A stretch of DNA of 64,000 bases from Selenomonadaceae bacterium (GTDB lineage Bacteria > Bacillota > Negativicutes > Selenomonadales > Selenomonadaceae). Both the position numbers and the translations under genes were made by a program. The notes under the pieces were generated by a model, which saw only the letters and a list, made by a program, of their open reading frames with translations, ran no database searches and had not been told where the DNA came from. This document shows positions 46,887 to 55,504 of the stretch, in pieces. Every line of letters starts with the position of its first letter. Positions within the stretch are counted from its first letter, which is position 1. The stretch covers positions 1,159-65,158 of the forward strand of contig JAILRS010000033.1 of NCBI GenBank assembly GCA_024698045.1. Direction: 5' to 3'.

Positions 46887-47492
46887 TTGAAAATCGGAAT
46901 AATGGGCGGCACCTTCGACCCGATTCACTTTGGACATTTGGCGACCGCCGAGGCAGTGCGCGAAAATTTTTCTCTCGACGAAATTTTATTCATACCTGCC
47001 GCCCGTCCGCCGCATAAATCCGAAAATATTGTCACGGATGAAAACCAAAGATTAGAGATGACTACTTTGGCGACGCGTTCCAACAAATTTTTCAGCGTAT
47101 CCGATATCGAATTGAGACGCAAAGGATTATCCTACACATTCGATACCATGAACGAACTGCATAAAATTTTCGGCAACGCAACCGAATTATTTTTCATAAT
47201 GGGTGCGGATTCTCTGGCGGATTTATCGAAATGGCACGAGGCGCGAAAACTTGTCGATAAATGTCACTTCATAGCAACGACGCGGCAGGGCGTTGACGTT
47301 GACTTTTCCGAAGTCAAAAAATTTTTCGGCGATGCGGCAACCAAACATATTCATCGTATAGTTACACCGGCATTGGAAATTTCTTCGACCGATATCCGCC
47401 AAAAAATTCGGCGCGGTCTCTCGATAAAATATCTCGTGCCCGATGTCGTGGAAGAATATATCACGGCGCACGGGCTTTATCGCGAAAATTAA
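46887..47492 (+). CDS. nadD: nicotinate-nucleotide adenylyltransferase
   Basis: TTG start 6 nt after GAGGTGA. KIGIMGGTFDPIHFGHL...ISSTDIR. Confidence 0.94.
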   Translation: MKIGIMGGTFDPIHFGHLATAEAVRENFSLDEILFIPAARPPHKSENIVTDENQRLEMTTLATRSNKFFSVSDIELRRKGLSYTFDTMNELHKIFGNATELFFIMGADSLADLSKWHEARKLVDKCHFIATTRQGVDVDFSEVKKFFGDAATKHIHRIVTPALEISSTDIRQKIRRGLSIKYLVPDVVEEYITAHGLYREN

Positions 47493-47510
47493 TTGAGGAG
47501 TAAATTTGTC

Positions 47511-48083
47511 ATGAACGTAAACGAAATGAGGCGTGAATTGCAAAACAGATTGAAGCGCGGCAGATTTGCTCATTCAATCGGCGTAGCAAATACCGCCGTA
47601 AATTTGGCGAAACGTTTCGGCGCAGATGAAGATAAAGCGTACATTGCCGGACTTTTGCACGATTGCGCCCGTCAATACGAAGACGAAGAATTAATTGCGC
47701 AGGCGGAAAATTATTCTATTGAAATAGGCGAAGTAGAAAGAGAAATGCCGTTACTCCTGCATCCGTACATCGGCGCGAAAATGATTCGTGATGTCTACGG
47801 CGTAGAGGATGCGGAAATTTCTCAAGCAATATGGCGGCATACGGTTGGCGCGGCGAATATGACCGTGCTTGATAAAATTATTTACTTCGCCGATATGATT
47901 GAACCGAACAGGAAATACCCGGGTGTCGAGGAGTTGCGAACATTGGCGACGACGGCGGATTTGAATACGATTATGCTTACGGCTTTGAGCGAATCGATTA
48001 TTTTCGTCGTGCAAAAAAATTCTTTGGTACATCCCGACACCGTTGCGGCAAGAAATTTCCTTTTAATCAATAAAAAAAAGTGA
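47511..48083 (+). CDS. yqeK: HD-domain bis(5'-nucleosyl)-tetraphosphatase YqeK
   Basis: ATG 47511 is 10 nt after GAGGAG. RFAHSIGVANTAVNLAK...AGLLHDCAR. It follows nadD, as in Bacillus. Confidence 0.88.
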   Translation: MNVNEMRRELQNRLKRGRFAHSIGVANTAVNLAKRFGADEDKAYIAGLLHDCARQYEDEELIAQAENYSIEIGEVEREMPLLLHPYIGAKMIRDVYGVEDAEISQAIWRHTVGAANMTVLDKIIYFADMIEPNRKYPGVEELRTLATTADLNTIMLTALSESIIFVVQKNSLVHPDTVAARNFLLINKKK

Positions 48084-48093
48084 GTAAAGCTTT

Positions 48094-49089
48094 ATGGCCA
48101 ATACGACTAAGGAGAACATAGACAAAAAACGTAAATCGATTAGACGGAAGAGGAGAGTAAGATTTTTCCGTTTGATTTTCGTTTTGGTGATGATATGTCT
48201 TGTGTGCTCCGCAATTCTGTTCGTTAGTTTTGCCGTCTATAATGCCGGCGTTCGCGTATACAGCGAGTTCACTGATATGTATCAAGGTTACAACGACCGC
48301 AGGACTTCAAATATGGGACAAATAGATCCGAAGTTTGACGGCTATACAAATATATTAGTGTTGGGCGTGGATGATGGCGAGCGACAAAATGCCGATACGA
48401 TTTTAGTGTTGAGTTTCTCCAACGACACGGGTAAAAGCCGAATCATAGCGATACCGCGCGATACGTGGATAACATCATCGAATCATTCGGGGAGATTGGG
48501 CGAACTCTATTCTTGGGGCGGCGCGTCTACTCTTGTTCGTGAAGTTTCTTCGCTGCTCAGTATTTCGATTCATCAATACGTAATTATAGATATGGCGACA
48601 TTCGCGGAATTGATTGACGTATTGGGCGGACTCGATATCTACGTCGAGGAAGATATGGATTACGAAGACGAAAATGCAGGTTTGTCAATTCATATCGGGC
48701 AGGGTTATCAACATCTTGACGGCGCGGGCGTACAAAAATATTTGAGATATCGCGGCGAAAAATTGGGCGATGTCGGACGCGTACAACGTCAACAGAAATT
48801 TATCAAAGCACTCTACGCCAAAGTTTTACAGCTTGATACAATTCCGAAATTGCCGGCGATAGCCGATATTTTCCGTAACAGAATGCAAACCAGTGCGGAA
48901 ATATTCGACTCGGCACATTTGGCGAACGTCCTGCGCAAAATGAGTTCGGATCCCCCGTCGACTTTCATGCTACCGGGTTCCGAAAACGAAGAAGGAATTT
49001 GGATTCCCAATAACGCGGAAATTGCCGAACGTATAAATTTACTTTTCCCTGCGCAGGATATTGTTAAAAATCCCGACGAGGAAGAGTAA
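48094..49089 (+). CDS. LytR-CpsA-Psr (LCP) family glycopolymer transferase
   Basis: N-terminal TM, then TNILVLGVDDGE...ADTILVLSF...IIAIPRDT...ELIDVLGGLDIYV...R.R......GD..R..RQQ. Confidence 0.88.
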   Translation: MANTTKENIDKKRKSIRRKRRVRFFRLIFVLVMICLVCSAILFVSFAVYNAGVRVYSEFTDMYQGYNDRRTSNMGQIDPKFDGYTNILVLGVDDGERQNADTILVLSFSNDTGKSRIIAIPRDTWITSSNHSGRLGELYSWGGASTLVREVSSLLSISIHQYVIIDMATFAELIDVLGGLDIYVEEDMDYEDENAGLSIHIGQGYQHLDGAGVQKYLRYRGEKLGDVGRVQRQQKFIKALYAKVLQLDTIPKLPAIADIFRNRMQTSAEIFDSAHLANVLRKMSSDPPSTFMLPGSENEEGIWIPNNAEIAERINLLFPAQDIVKNPDEEE

Positions 49090-49263
49090 GCATCGGGGAT
49101 TAAAAAACTTGCCAAAAACAAAATCCGTGTGTAGAATAAAAATTAATAAGAACGGGGCGAGACAGCGTCCTGCGTGAAAGACTTTGTAAGACCTAAAATT
49201 TTGGGCGTAAGTCACCGAAAACGCAATCCCTTCAACGGGAATATGTCAAAGGAGGGATTTGAT

Positions 49264-49608
49264 TTGAAGACAGTTGATTTGGCGACGAAAATTTGCAAGG
49301 CGGCAAGCGATAAGAAAGCAAGCGAAATCATAACAATGGATATGCGCGGCGTCATGTTCTCGACAGATTGTTTTGTCGTTTGTTCGGCGCAGACGACTAC
49401 TCAAGTTCGCGCCATTGCCGATAATATTCAAGAGGAACTAGAAAAGGACAGCATAACCGTAACGCACCGCGAAGGTTATCACGAAGGCGAATGGATTCTT
49501 TTGGATTACGGTGATGTGGTTGCGCACATTTTCAGAGAGGAAAACCGTCAATATTATGCGCTCGAACAACTTTGGAGCGAGGCAAAAATAAAACTCTATG
49601 AGGATTGA
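49264..49608 (+). CDS. rsfS: ribosome silencing factor
   Basis: Track ORF starts at 49174. AAGGAGG sits 7 nt before TTG 49264. (M)KTVDLATKICKAASDKKASEIITMDMRG...DCFVVCSAQTTTQVRAIADNI...EGEWILLDYGDVVAHIF. Confidence 0.88.
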   Translation: MKTVDLATKICKAASDKKASEIITMDMRGVMFSTDCFVVCSAQTTTQVRAIADNIQEELEKDSITVTHREGYHEGEWILLDYGDVVAHIFREENRQYYALEQLWSEAKIKLYED

Positions 49609-50467
49609 CACGATACAGCAATTGAAACCAATGACGGTGGCGACGCTGAAAGTTTTGCGTACGGGCGAAATGGGTGTCTTCCTTGACGGCGGCACGGGTA
49701 ACACATCCGATGATATTCTTCTGCATAAGGCACAACAAACCGCGCCCGTCAAGCCCGGGGATATGGTAAAAGTCATGCTGTATCTGGATCCGAAGAAAAG
49801 ATTGACGGCAAGTATGCGAGTCCCGAAAATGCGCGAAGGTCAAATAGCCCGATTGAAAATCATAAACACAACGGAAGTCGGGGCATTTGTCGATGTCGGT
49901 GCCGAACGCGGAATTTTTATGCCGTTCGCCGAAATGATTGGGCGTCCGAAAGTCGGCGAAATTGTTTGGGCAAAACTCTATACGGATAAATCCGGAAGAC
50001 TTGCGGTCTCGATGAAAGTGTCCGACGAAATTCGCCGTGCCTCGAAACCTGCCGTAAATGTAAAACGCGGCGATAAACTCAAGGGCGCGATTTTCAACAT
50101 AATCGAAGAAGGCGCATTTGTCTTCAGCACCGAACGATATATAATTTTCATAGCGCAACAGGAAATACCGCGCGTGCTCAGAGTCGGCGAAGTTGTCGAG
50201 GTTCGTATAACTTTCTTGCGCGACGACGGACGACTTGACGGCTCCTTGCGTGAAAAGAAAGAAATTGCCTTAGAAGGCGACGCAAGAGTAATTTACGACT
50301 ACATGACGGCTCACGGCGGAACAATGCCCTTTAACGACAAGAGCGATCCCGAAAAAATTTTGGCGACGTTCAAAATCAGTAAGGCGGCATTTAAACGCGC
50401 CGTAGGTCATTTGTTACACGAAAACTTTATCGAAAAGGACGGCAAAGATTTCAAAGTTGCCGATTGA
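49598..50467 (+). CDS. cvfB: S1-domain RNA-binding protein of the CvfB/YitL family
   Basis: Three S1-like repeats (GVFLDGG..., GAFVDVGAERGIFMPF..., EGAFVFS...) plus a C-terminal winged-helix-like tail (SKAAFKRAVGHLLHENFIEKDGK). Confidence 0.8.
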   Translation: MRIDTIQQLKPMTVATLKVLRTGEMGVFLDGGTGNTSDDILLHKAQQTAPVKPGDMVKVMLYLDPKKRLTASMRVPKMREGQIARLKIINTTEVGAFVDVGAERGIFMPFAEMIGRPKVGEIVWAKLYTDKSGRLAVSMKVSDEIRRASKPAVNVKRGDKLKGAIFNIIEEGAFVFSTERYIIFIAQQEIPRVLRVGEVVEVRITFLRDDGRLDGSLREKKEIALEGDARVIYDYMTAHGGTMPFNDKSDPEKILATFKISKAAFKRAVGHLLHENFIEKDGKDFKVAD

Positions 50468-50491
50468 TATTGATATGCGCGACCAAATACG

Positions 50492-50520
50492 GAGCGACAC
50501 GAAATATGTCGCTCTTTTCA
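50492..50520 (+). terminator. Rho-independent terminator after cvfB
   Basis: GAGCGACA cgaaata TGTCGCTC TTTT. Confidence 0.65.
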
Positions 50521-50726
50521 TTTGAAAATGTTACATTGATGCTCGGATTAATAATCCGACAAAATTTTTGGTGCCACAAAAATAAATTTGTGATATAATT
50601 ACTTGACAAAATCTCAAAACGTTTAAATGACGCCGTCAAAGTCACGATAAAATTTTTGATAAAACTTCTTGGTGAATTGTATATATTCGGCACAAAGATT
50701 TTAAATTCGGGAGGCCAAAAGTTTAC

Positions 50727-51674
50727 ATGAGATTAACCTCAATCCTCATTAGATGGAATCCGTTAAAATATTTGGGGATTTTTATCGGATGTTTAATTGC
50801 CGCCTCCTCAATAAATCTTTTCGTAGTGCCGAGCAGCCTTTTGACGGGCGGAGTAACAGGCATTGCGATTATTTTTTATTTTTTGTCGGGGCTGCCTATC
50901 GGCATTCAAACTTTGCTGTATAACATTCCGCTGCTGATTGCTTCATACAAATTACTCGGGAAAAAATATACGCTTGATGTTGTAATCGGTACTTTGATTT
51001 TTTCGTTTGCATTGGATGCCACAAAATTTTTAGGCGCGTATGCTCCGACGGACGAATCAATGTTGGCGGCAATTTACGGCGGAATTTTTAACGGCATCGG
51101 TTACGGCATTGTCTTCCGCATGAACGGTTCCACGGGCGGATTTGATATCTTGGGCGCAATCTTCAAAAGATATTTTTCCATGGAAATCGGTTCGGTTATC
51201 TTCGGATTCAACTGCATTATCGTAGCGATTGCCGGCATACTTTTCAGTATCAATTCCGCAATGTTTACTTTGATTTACATGTATGTCACTTCACAGATGA
51301 CAAATAAAGTTGTCGACGGTTTCAACCAGCGCAAAGCGATTTTAATCATTTCCGATAAGGCGCAGGATATTGCCGACGGAATCATGAAGGAAATCGGGCG
51401 CGGGGTCACATTCTTTGACGGCGAAGGCGGTTACACGGGCGTCCGTAAAAAAATTATCATGGCAGTCGTCAGCATGACGCAGGTAGCCAAAATAAAAATT
51501 GTCGCCGATACCGTAGATCGCAACGCTTTTATGCTAATTCTTTCCGCAAGTGAAGTTATGGGGCGCGGCTTCACCCGTCCCAATCGACTGAAAAAATTTC
51601 GTACCGACACTCAGATTAATCTTGAAGTCGAGGAAAAAATTCAGAAGGCACTTGCCAAACGCGGCGGCGATTAG
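50727..51674 (+). CDS. YitT-family membrane protein (DUF2179 C-terminal domain)
   Basis: Five TM helices with the GG(V/T)(T/G)G motif twice (LLTGGVTGIA, GSTGGFDILG), then a DUF2179-like soluble domain (AILIISDKAQDIADGIMKEIGRGVTFFDGEGGYTG). Confidence 0.85.
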   Translation: MRLTSILIRWNPLKYLGIFIGCLIAASSINLFVVPSSLLTGGVTGIAIIFYFLSGLPIGIQTLLYNIPLLIASYKLLGKKYTLDVVIGTLIFSFALDATKFLGAYAPTDESMLAAIYGGIFNGIGYGIVFRMNGSTGGFDILGAIFKRYFSMEIGSVIFGFNCIIVAIAGILFSINSAMFTLIYMYVTSQMTNKVVDGFNQRKAILIISDKAQDIADGIMKEIGRGVTFFDGEGGYTGVRKKIIMAVVSMTQVAKIKIVADTVDRNAFMLILSASEVMGRGFTRPNRLKKFRTDTQINLEVEEKIQKALAKRGGD

Positions 51675-51746
51675 CGACACCATTAAAATAGTTTGTAGGC
51701 GACCGACTTAAAACATATTGTTGGTCGGGGGAGGATAAAGTATTTT

Positions 51747-52472
51747 ATGAATATTTACTATCTTTTAAACAGCGGTTTTCTGATTCAGGATGAACGAACG
51801 TTGATGATATTCGATGACTACGAGGATCCCGAAGGAATCATTGATGCCGCCTATGACAAGGGGGAATTCGACAAGCTTTACATTTTCGTCACGCATTCGC
51901 ATTTCGATCACTTCGGCACTCGCATTCGCGCGTACGCTCCCAAAGTCGAAAAGTACATTTTCAGCAGCGATATCAAACGTACTAAACGCGTCAAACTGTT
52001 TCCGACGCCTAAAATCGTCTACATGAAACGCTATACCAATTGGGAGGACGACACAATCAAGGTCAAGACTTTTGATTCGACCGATGTCGGTGTCTCTTTC
52101 CTTGTCGAAACTCCTTCGGGCAAAAAGATTTTCCATGCCGGCGATTTCAACTGGTGGCATTGGGAAGATGATACCTTGCAGAATATCGAATTGGCGGAAA
52201 AAGTTTTCAAGCGTCAAATGCAACGTATCACGGGACTCGAGGCAGATTTGGCATTTTTCCCCGTTGACGGGCGTCTTGGTTCTTCGCAGGAAAAGGGCGC
52301 GATTCATTTCATTTCCCGTACGAAATTCAAGGGCTTTGTAGCAATGCACCGCGCAGATTATCCGTTGTGGAAACCATCGAGAGAATTTTGCAATGCGTCG
52401 AAAAATATTCCCGTATGGGCACCCGTAAAGCCCGGTGAACATCGTTCGTTTGACGGTATTAGATTTTATTGA
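51747..52472 (+). CDS. MBL-fold metallo-hydrolase
   Basis: THSHFDHF is the HxHxDH motif; later HAGD and a conserved His. Confidence 0.75.
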   Translation: MNIYYLLNSGFLIQDERTLMIFDDYEDPEGIIDAAYDKGEFDKLYIFVTHSHFDHFGTRIRAYAPKVEKYIFSSDIKRTKRVKLFPTPKIVYMKRYTNWEDDTIKVKTFDSTDVGVSFLVETPSGKKIFHAGDFNWWHWEDDTLQNIELAEKVFKRQMQRITGLEADLAFFPVDGRLGSSQEKGAIHFISRTKFKGFVAMHRADYPLWKPSREFCNASKNIPVWAPVKPGEHRSFDGIRFY

Positions 52473-52492
52473 GAGGATTGATTTAACTTAAC

Positions 52493-52972
52493 ATGGCCGA
52501 AAAAAAAATCATGCTCACGCAAGAAGGCTACGACAAATTAGTTGAAAAACTCGACTACATGAAGAGCGTACGCCGCATTGAAGTTTCCGAACGACTCAAA
52601 GCGGCTATTGCGTTGGGCGATATCAGTGAAAACTCCGAATACGATGACGCCAAAAACGAACAGGGACGACTTGAAGGCGAAATCAGCGAACTCGAAAACA
52701 AACTGCGTAACAGCGAAATTATCAAGGTAAACGCAGACGGCTCCGATAACAAAAAAATTACATTCGGGCGCACAATAACGGTTCGCGACGTGGAATATGA
52801 CATGACGGAAAAATATATGTTGGTCGGCTCGACCGAAGCAGATCCCGATCAAAATAAAATTTCCGACGAATCTCCTTTGGGTTCCGCGATAATCGGAAAA
52901 ACCGCCGGCGAGATCGTTAATGTGCATGCACCCGTAGGGGTTATTCAATACGAAATTTTGAATGTCGAATAA
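52493..52972 (+). CDS. greA: transcription elongation factor GreA
   Basis: LTQEGYDKLVEKLDYMKSVRRIEVSERLKAAIALGDISENSEYDDAK...SDESPLGSAIIGK. Confidence 0.96.
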   Translation: MAEKKIMLTQEGYDKLVEKLDYMKSVRRIEVSERLKAAIALGDISENSEYDDAKNEQGRLEGEISELENKLRNSEIIKVNADGSDNKKITFGRTITVRDVEYDMTEKYMLVGSTEADPDQNKISDESPLGSAIIGKTAGEIVNVHAPVGVIQYEILNVE

Positions 52973-53058
52973 TTTCTCAATGTTAACCGGAAAGGAAGTG
53001 AAAGGCGCGGCCGCTTATTATCTGTAAATATTTTGCAGTATCTTCCGCGTCAATTCCG

Positions 53059-54318
53059 ATGAATGTATTGTTAATCGGCAGCGGCGGGCGTGAACATGCA
53101 TTGGCATGGAAAATTTCACGGAGTCCGTTGCTGAAAAATTTCTACGCAATCCCCGGTAGCTCGGGCATTTCGGATTTTGCTCAATGTGTAGAAAATATTT
53201 CCGTCGACGATAATGCCGCAATAGTGAATTTCGCCAAATCCAACGCGATTGATTTGGTAGTCGTTGGTCCCGAGGCTCCTCTCGTTAACGGTCTTGTCGA
53301 CGAATTAAGTACCGCAGGCATTAAGGCGTTCGGTTGCAACAAAGCCGCCGCGCAAATCGAAGGATCGAAAATTTTCGCCAAAAGGTTGATGAAAAAATAT
53401 AATATCCCGACGGCGGAATTTGAAGTATTCGATAATGTTGATGATGCCAAAAAATATATCCGCGAAAAAAATGCCCCGATAGTCATCAAGGCCGACGGTT
53501 TGGCGGCAGGCAAGGGCGTTATTGTTGCGCAAACTTTGGAAGAGGCACTTAACGCCGTTGACGAAATGAAAAACTTCGGCGCGGCAGGGAGTAAAATTGT
53601 CGTCGAGGAATTTATGGACGGCGAAGAGGCTTCGGTACTTTCGTTGACCGATGGCAAAAAAATTATTCCGCTCGTAGCTGCGCAGGATCACAAGAGAGTT
53701 AACGACGGCGACCAAGGTTTGAATACTGGCGGCATGGGTGCCTACGCTCCCGCGCCAATCGTCGACGAAAAAATTTCCAAACTCGTCGAGGATACAATTC
53801 TTAAACCTACGATAGCCTCGCTCAAAGCCGAAGGAATTACCTATCGCGGTTGTCTCTATGCCGGGCTTATGATTGTTGACGGCGTGCCCAAAGTTGTTGA
53901 ATTTAATGCACGATTCGGCGACCCTGAAACTCAAGTTGTATTGCCGCTCTTGGAGGATGATTTACTTAAACTCATGGACGAATGCGCCACGGGCAATTTG
54001 ACAACCGATAAACTTTCGTGGCTTAATCAAAGTGCCGTTTGCGTCATCATGGCAAGCGGCGGATATCCCAAATCCTACAAAAAAAATCTGCCCATTGACG
54101 GAATTGGTAAGGCAAAATCTTTGGGCGCGTTGGTTTTTCACGCAGGCACAAAAATTTCCGACGGCGAACTTGTCACAAACGGAGGACGTGTCTTAGGTGT
54201 GACAATGACCGCGCCGACTTTGCGCGAGGCCGTCGACAAAGTTTATCGTTGCGTTGAGGTTATCAATTTCGATAACGTTCACTATCGCCGCGATATTGCC
54301 GCACGTGCCTTGAAATAA
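53059..54318 (+). CDS. purD: phosphoribosylamine--glycine ligase
   Basis: MNVLLIGSGGREHALAWKI...VVGPEAPL...IKADGLAAGKGV...EFNARFGDPE...NGGRVLGV. Confidence 0.97.
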   Translation: MNVLLIGSGGREHALAWKISRSPLLKNFYAIPGSSGISDFAQCVENISVDDNAAIVNFAKSNAIDLVVVGPEAPLVNGLVDELSTAGIKAFGCNKAAAQIEGSKIFAKRLMKKYNIPTAEFEVFDNVDDAKKYIREKNAPIVIKADGLAAGKGVIVAQTLEEALNAVDEMKNFGAAGSKIVVEEFMDGEEASVLSLTDGKKIIPLVAAQDHKRVNDGDQGLNTGGMGAYAPAPIVDEKISKLVEDTILKPTIASLKAEGITYRGCLYAGLMIVDGVPKVVEFNARFGDPETQVVLPLLEDDLLKLMDECATGNLTTDKLSWLNQSAVCVIMASGGYPKSYKKNLPIDGIGKAKSLGALVFHAGTKISDGELVTNGGRVLGVTMTAPTLREAVDKVYRCVEVINFDNVHYRRDIAARALK

Positions 54319-54333
54319 TTTCCCAAAATAAAA

Positions 54334-54377
54334 AGTACCATACCGCAGAAATTTTATCTGCAGTATGGCTTTTTTTA
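54334..54377. terminator. bidirectional Rho-independent terminator (purD / radical SAM gene)
   Basis: CCATACCGCAGA aatttta TCTGCAGTATGG (one mismatch) followed by CTTTTTTT. Confidence 0.65.
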
Positions 54378-54390
54378 TTGCCGCGAACCT

Positions 54391-55218
54391 TCAGCAGTTA
54401 CCGGTATAAACGAAATTTAAATGACGTTTAGCGACCGCGACAAGTTCGTAAATTTTTTCAACGGGTGTGGGCGGTAAATTCCTAACCTTGTAGCGCGGAA
54501 AAAATCGACTGATGTGTAGCGGAATATCTTCGGAAATACTTGCCAACCATTTTGCTTCGGCGTCCATATCTTCGGGCGAATCGTTCATATTCGGCACAAT
54601 CAAGCTCGTTACTTCAACGTGACAACTCTGCGCAGAAAGTTCAATCGTCCGTAAAACCGTCTCGAAATTTCCGCCCAACGTATCATAAATTTTTTGACTG
54701 TAACCTTTCAAATCAATATTCATAGCGTCAATCAGCGGCAGAATTTTTTTCAGTGCGGCAGGTGCGACAGTCCCGTTGGTCACGAGGACACTTTTTAAGC
54801 CGCAGGATTTCAACAGAGCCGAAGTATCGCGAACAAATTCGTAGCCGATAAACGGTTCATTGTAAGTAAAAGCAATCCCGATATTTCCCTGCGCCGTCAA
54901 TTCTTCGGCAAGCGCGACTAATTGTTCGGGCATGACCTTGCGCGTCGGAAAGGTTGAATCAGCCATAGAAATTTCATGGTTTTGACAGAAAGGACAGTTG
55001 AGATTACAACCGAAACTGCCGACCGACAAAATTTTACTGCCCGGAAAAAATTTATACAGTGGTTTCTTCTCAATCGGATCCAAGGCAATCGAAGTCAATT
55101 CGCCGTAATTAAGCGGAATAATTTTATCGCCGTCATTCATTCGCGCCCGACATTTGCCTACTTCGCCGCGTTCTATTCGACAATGATGCGGACATATCTC
55201 GCAAGTTAAAGCCGTCAT
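54391..55218 (-). CDS. radical SAM enzyme of the PflA/AmrS-like (COG1180) activase group
   Basis: CEICPHHCRIERGEVGKCRARMN...DPIEKKPLYKFFPG...GCNLNCPFCQNHEIS (CxxxCxxC)...RFFPRYK...VYTGN. Divergent from nrdD. Not the canonical short NrdG layout. Confidence 0.8.
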   Translation of the reverse strand: MTALTCEICPHHCRIERGEVGKCRARMNDGDKIIPLNYGELTSIALDPIEKKPLYKFFPGSKILSVGSFGCNLNCPFCQNHEISMADSTFPTRKVMPEQLVALAEELTAQGNIGIAFTYNEPFIGYEFVRDTSALLKSCGLKSVLVTNGTVAPAALKKILPLIDAMNIDLKGYSQKIYDTLGGNFETVLRTIELSAQSCHVEVTSLIVPNMNDSPEDMDAEAKWLASISEDIPLHISRFFPRYKVRNLPPTPVEKIYELVAVAKRHLNFVYTGNC

Positions 55219-55369
55219 TAAATTTCTCTCCAGTCGTTAAAAATTTGCTCGCCACAATTTTAGCACAGATTGAAAGCGGCTTTCAGCTTAAATTTTTTTT
55301 TAGAGTCAAACGGGTTGTAGAGCGCATATTTACGCGAAAGTCAAAGATAAAGGCGCGGCAGAATGGGAA

Positions 55370-55387
55370 ATGTTAAGATGTTCACAA
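55370..55387 (+). promoter_or_regulatory. possible Rex-type operator overlapping the nrdD -35
   Basis: ATGTTAA GATG TTCACAA versus the Rex consensus TTGTGAA-N4-TTCACAA. The right half is perfect; the left half has 2 mismatches. Confidence 0.3.
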
Positions 55388-55409
55388 AAACATTTTCGTT
55401 TGATATAAT
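55381..55409 (+). promoter_or_regulatory. sigma-70-type promoter of nrdD
   Basis: TTCACA (55381-55386), 17 nt spacer, TATAAT (55404-55409), preceded by TGA (extended -10). Confidence 0.55.
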
Positions 55410-55504
55410 CACGGTCAATCACACCGAAGGGAGCGCGTACCAATTAATATTTTCAATTACCAACAAATAAGCGTATTTTTTTTGCACTTTGATGGGAGGG
55501 GATC

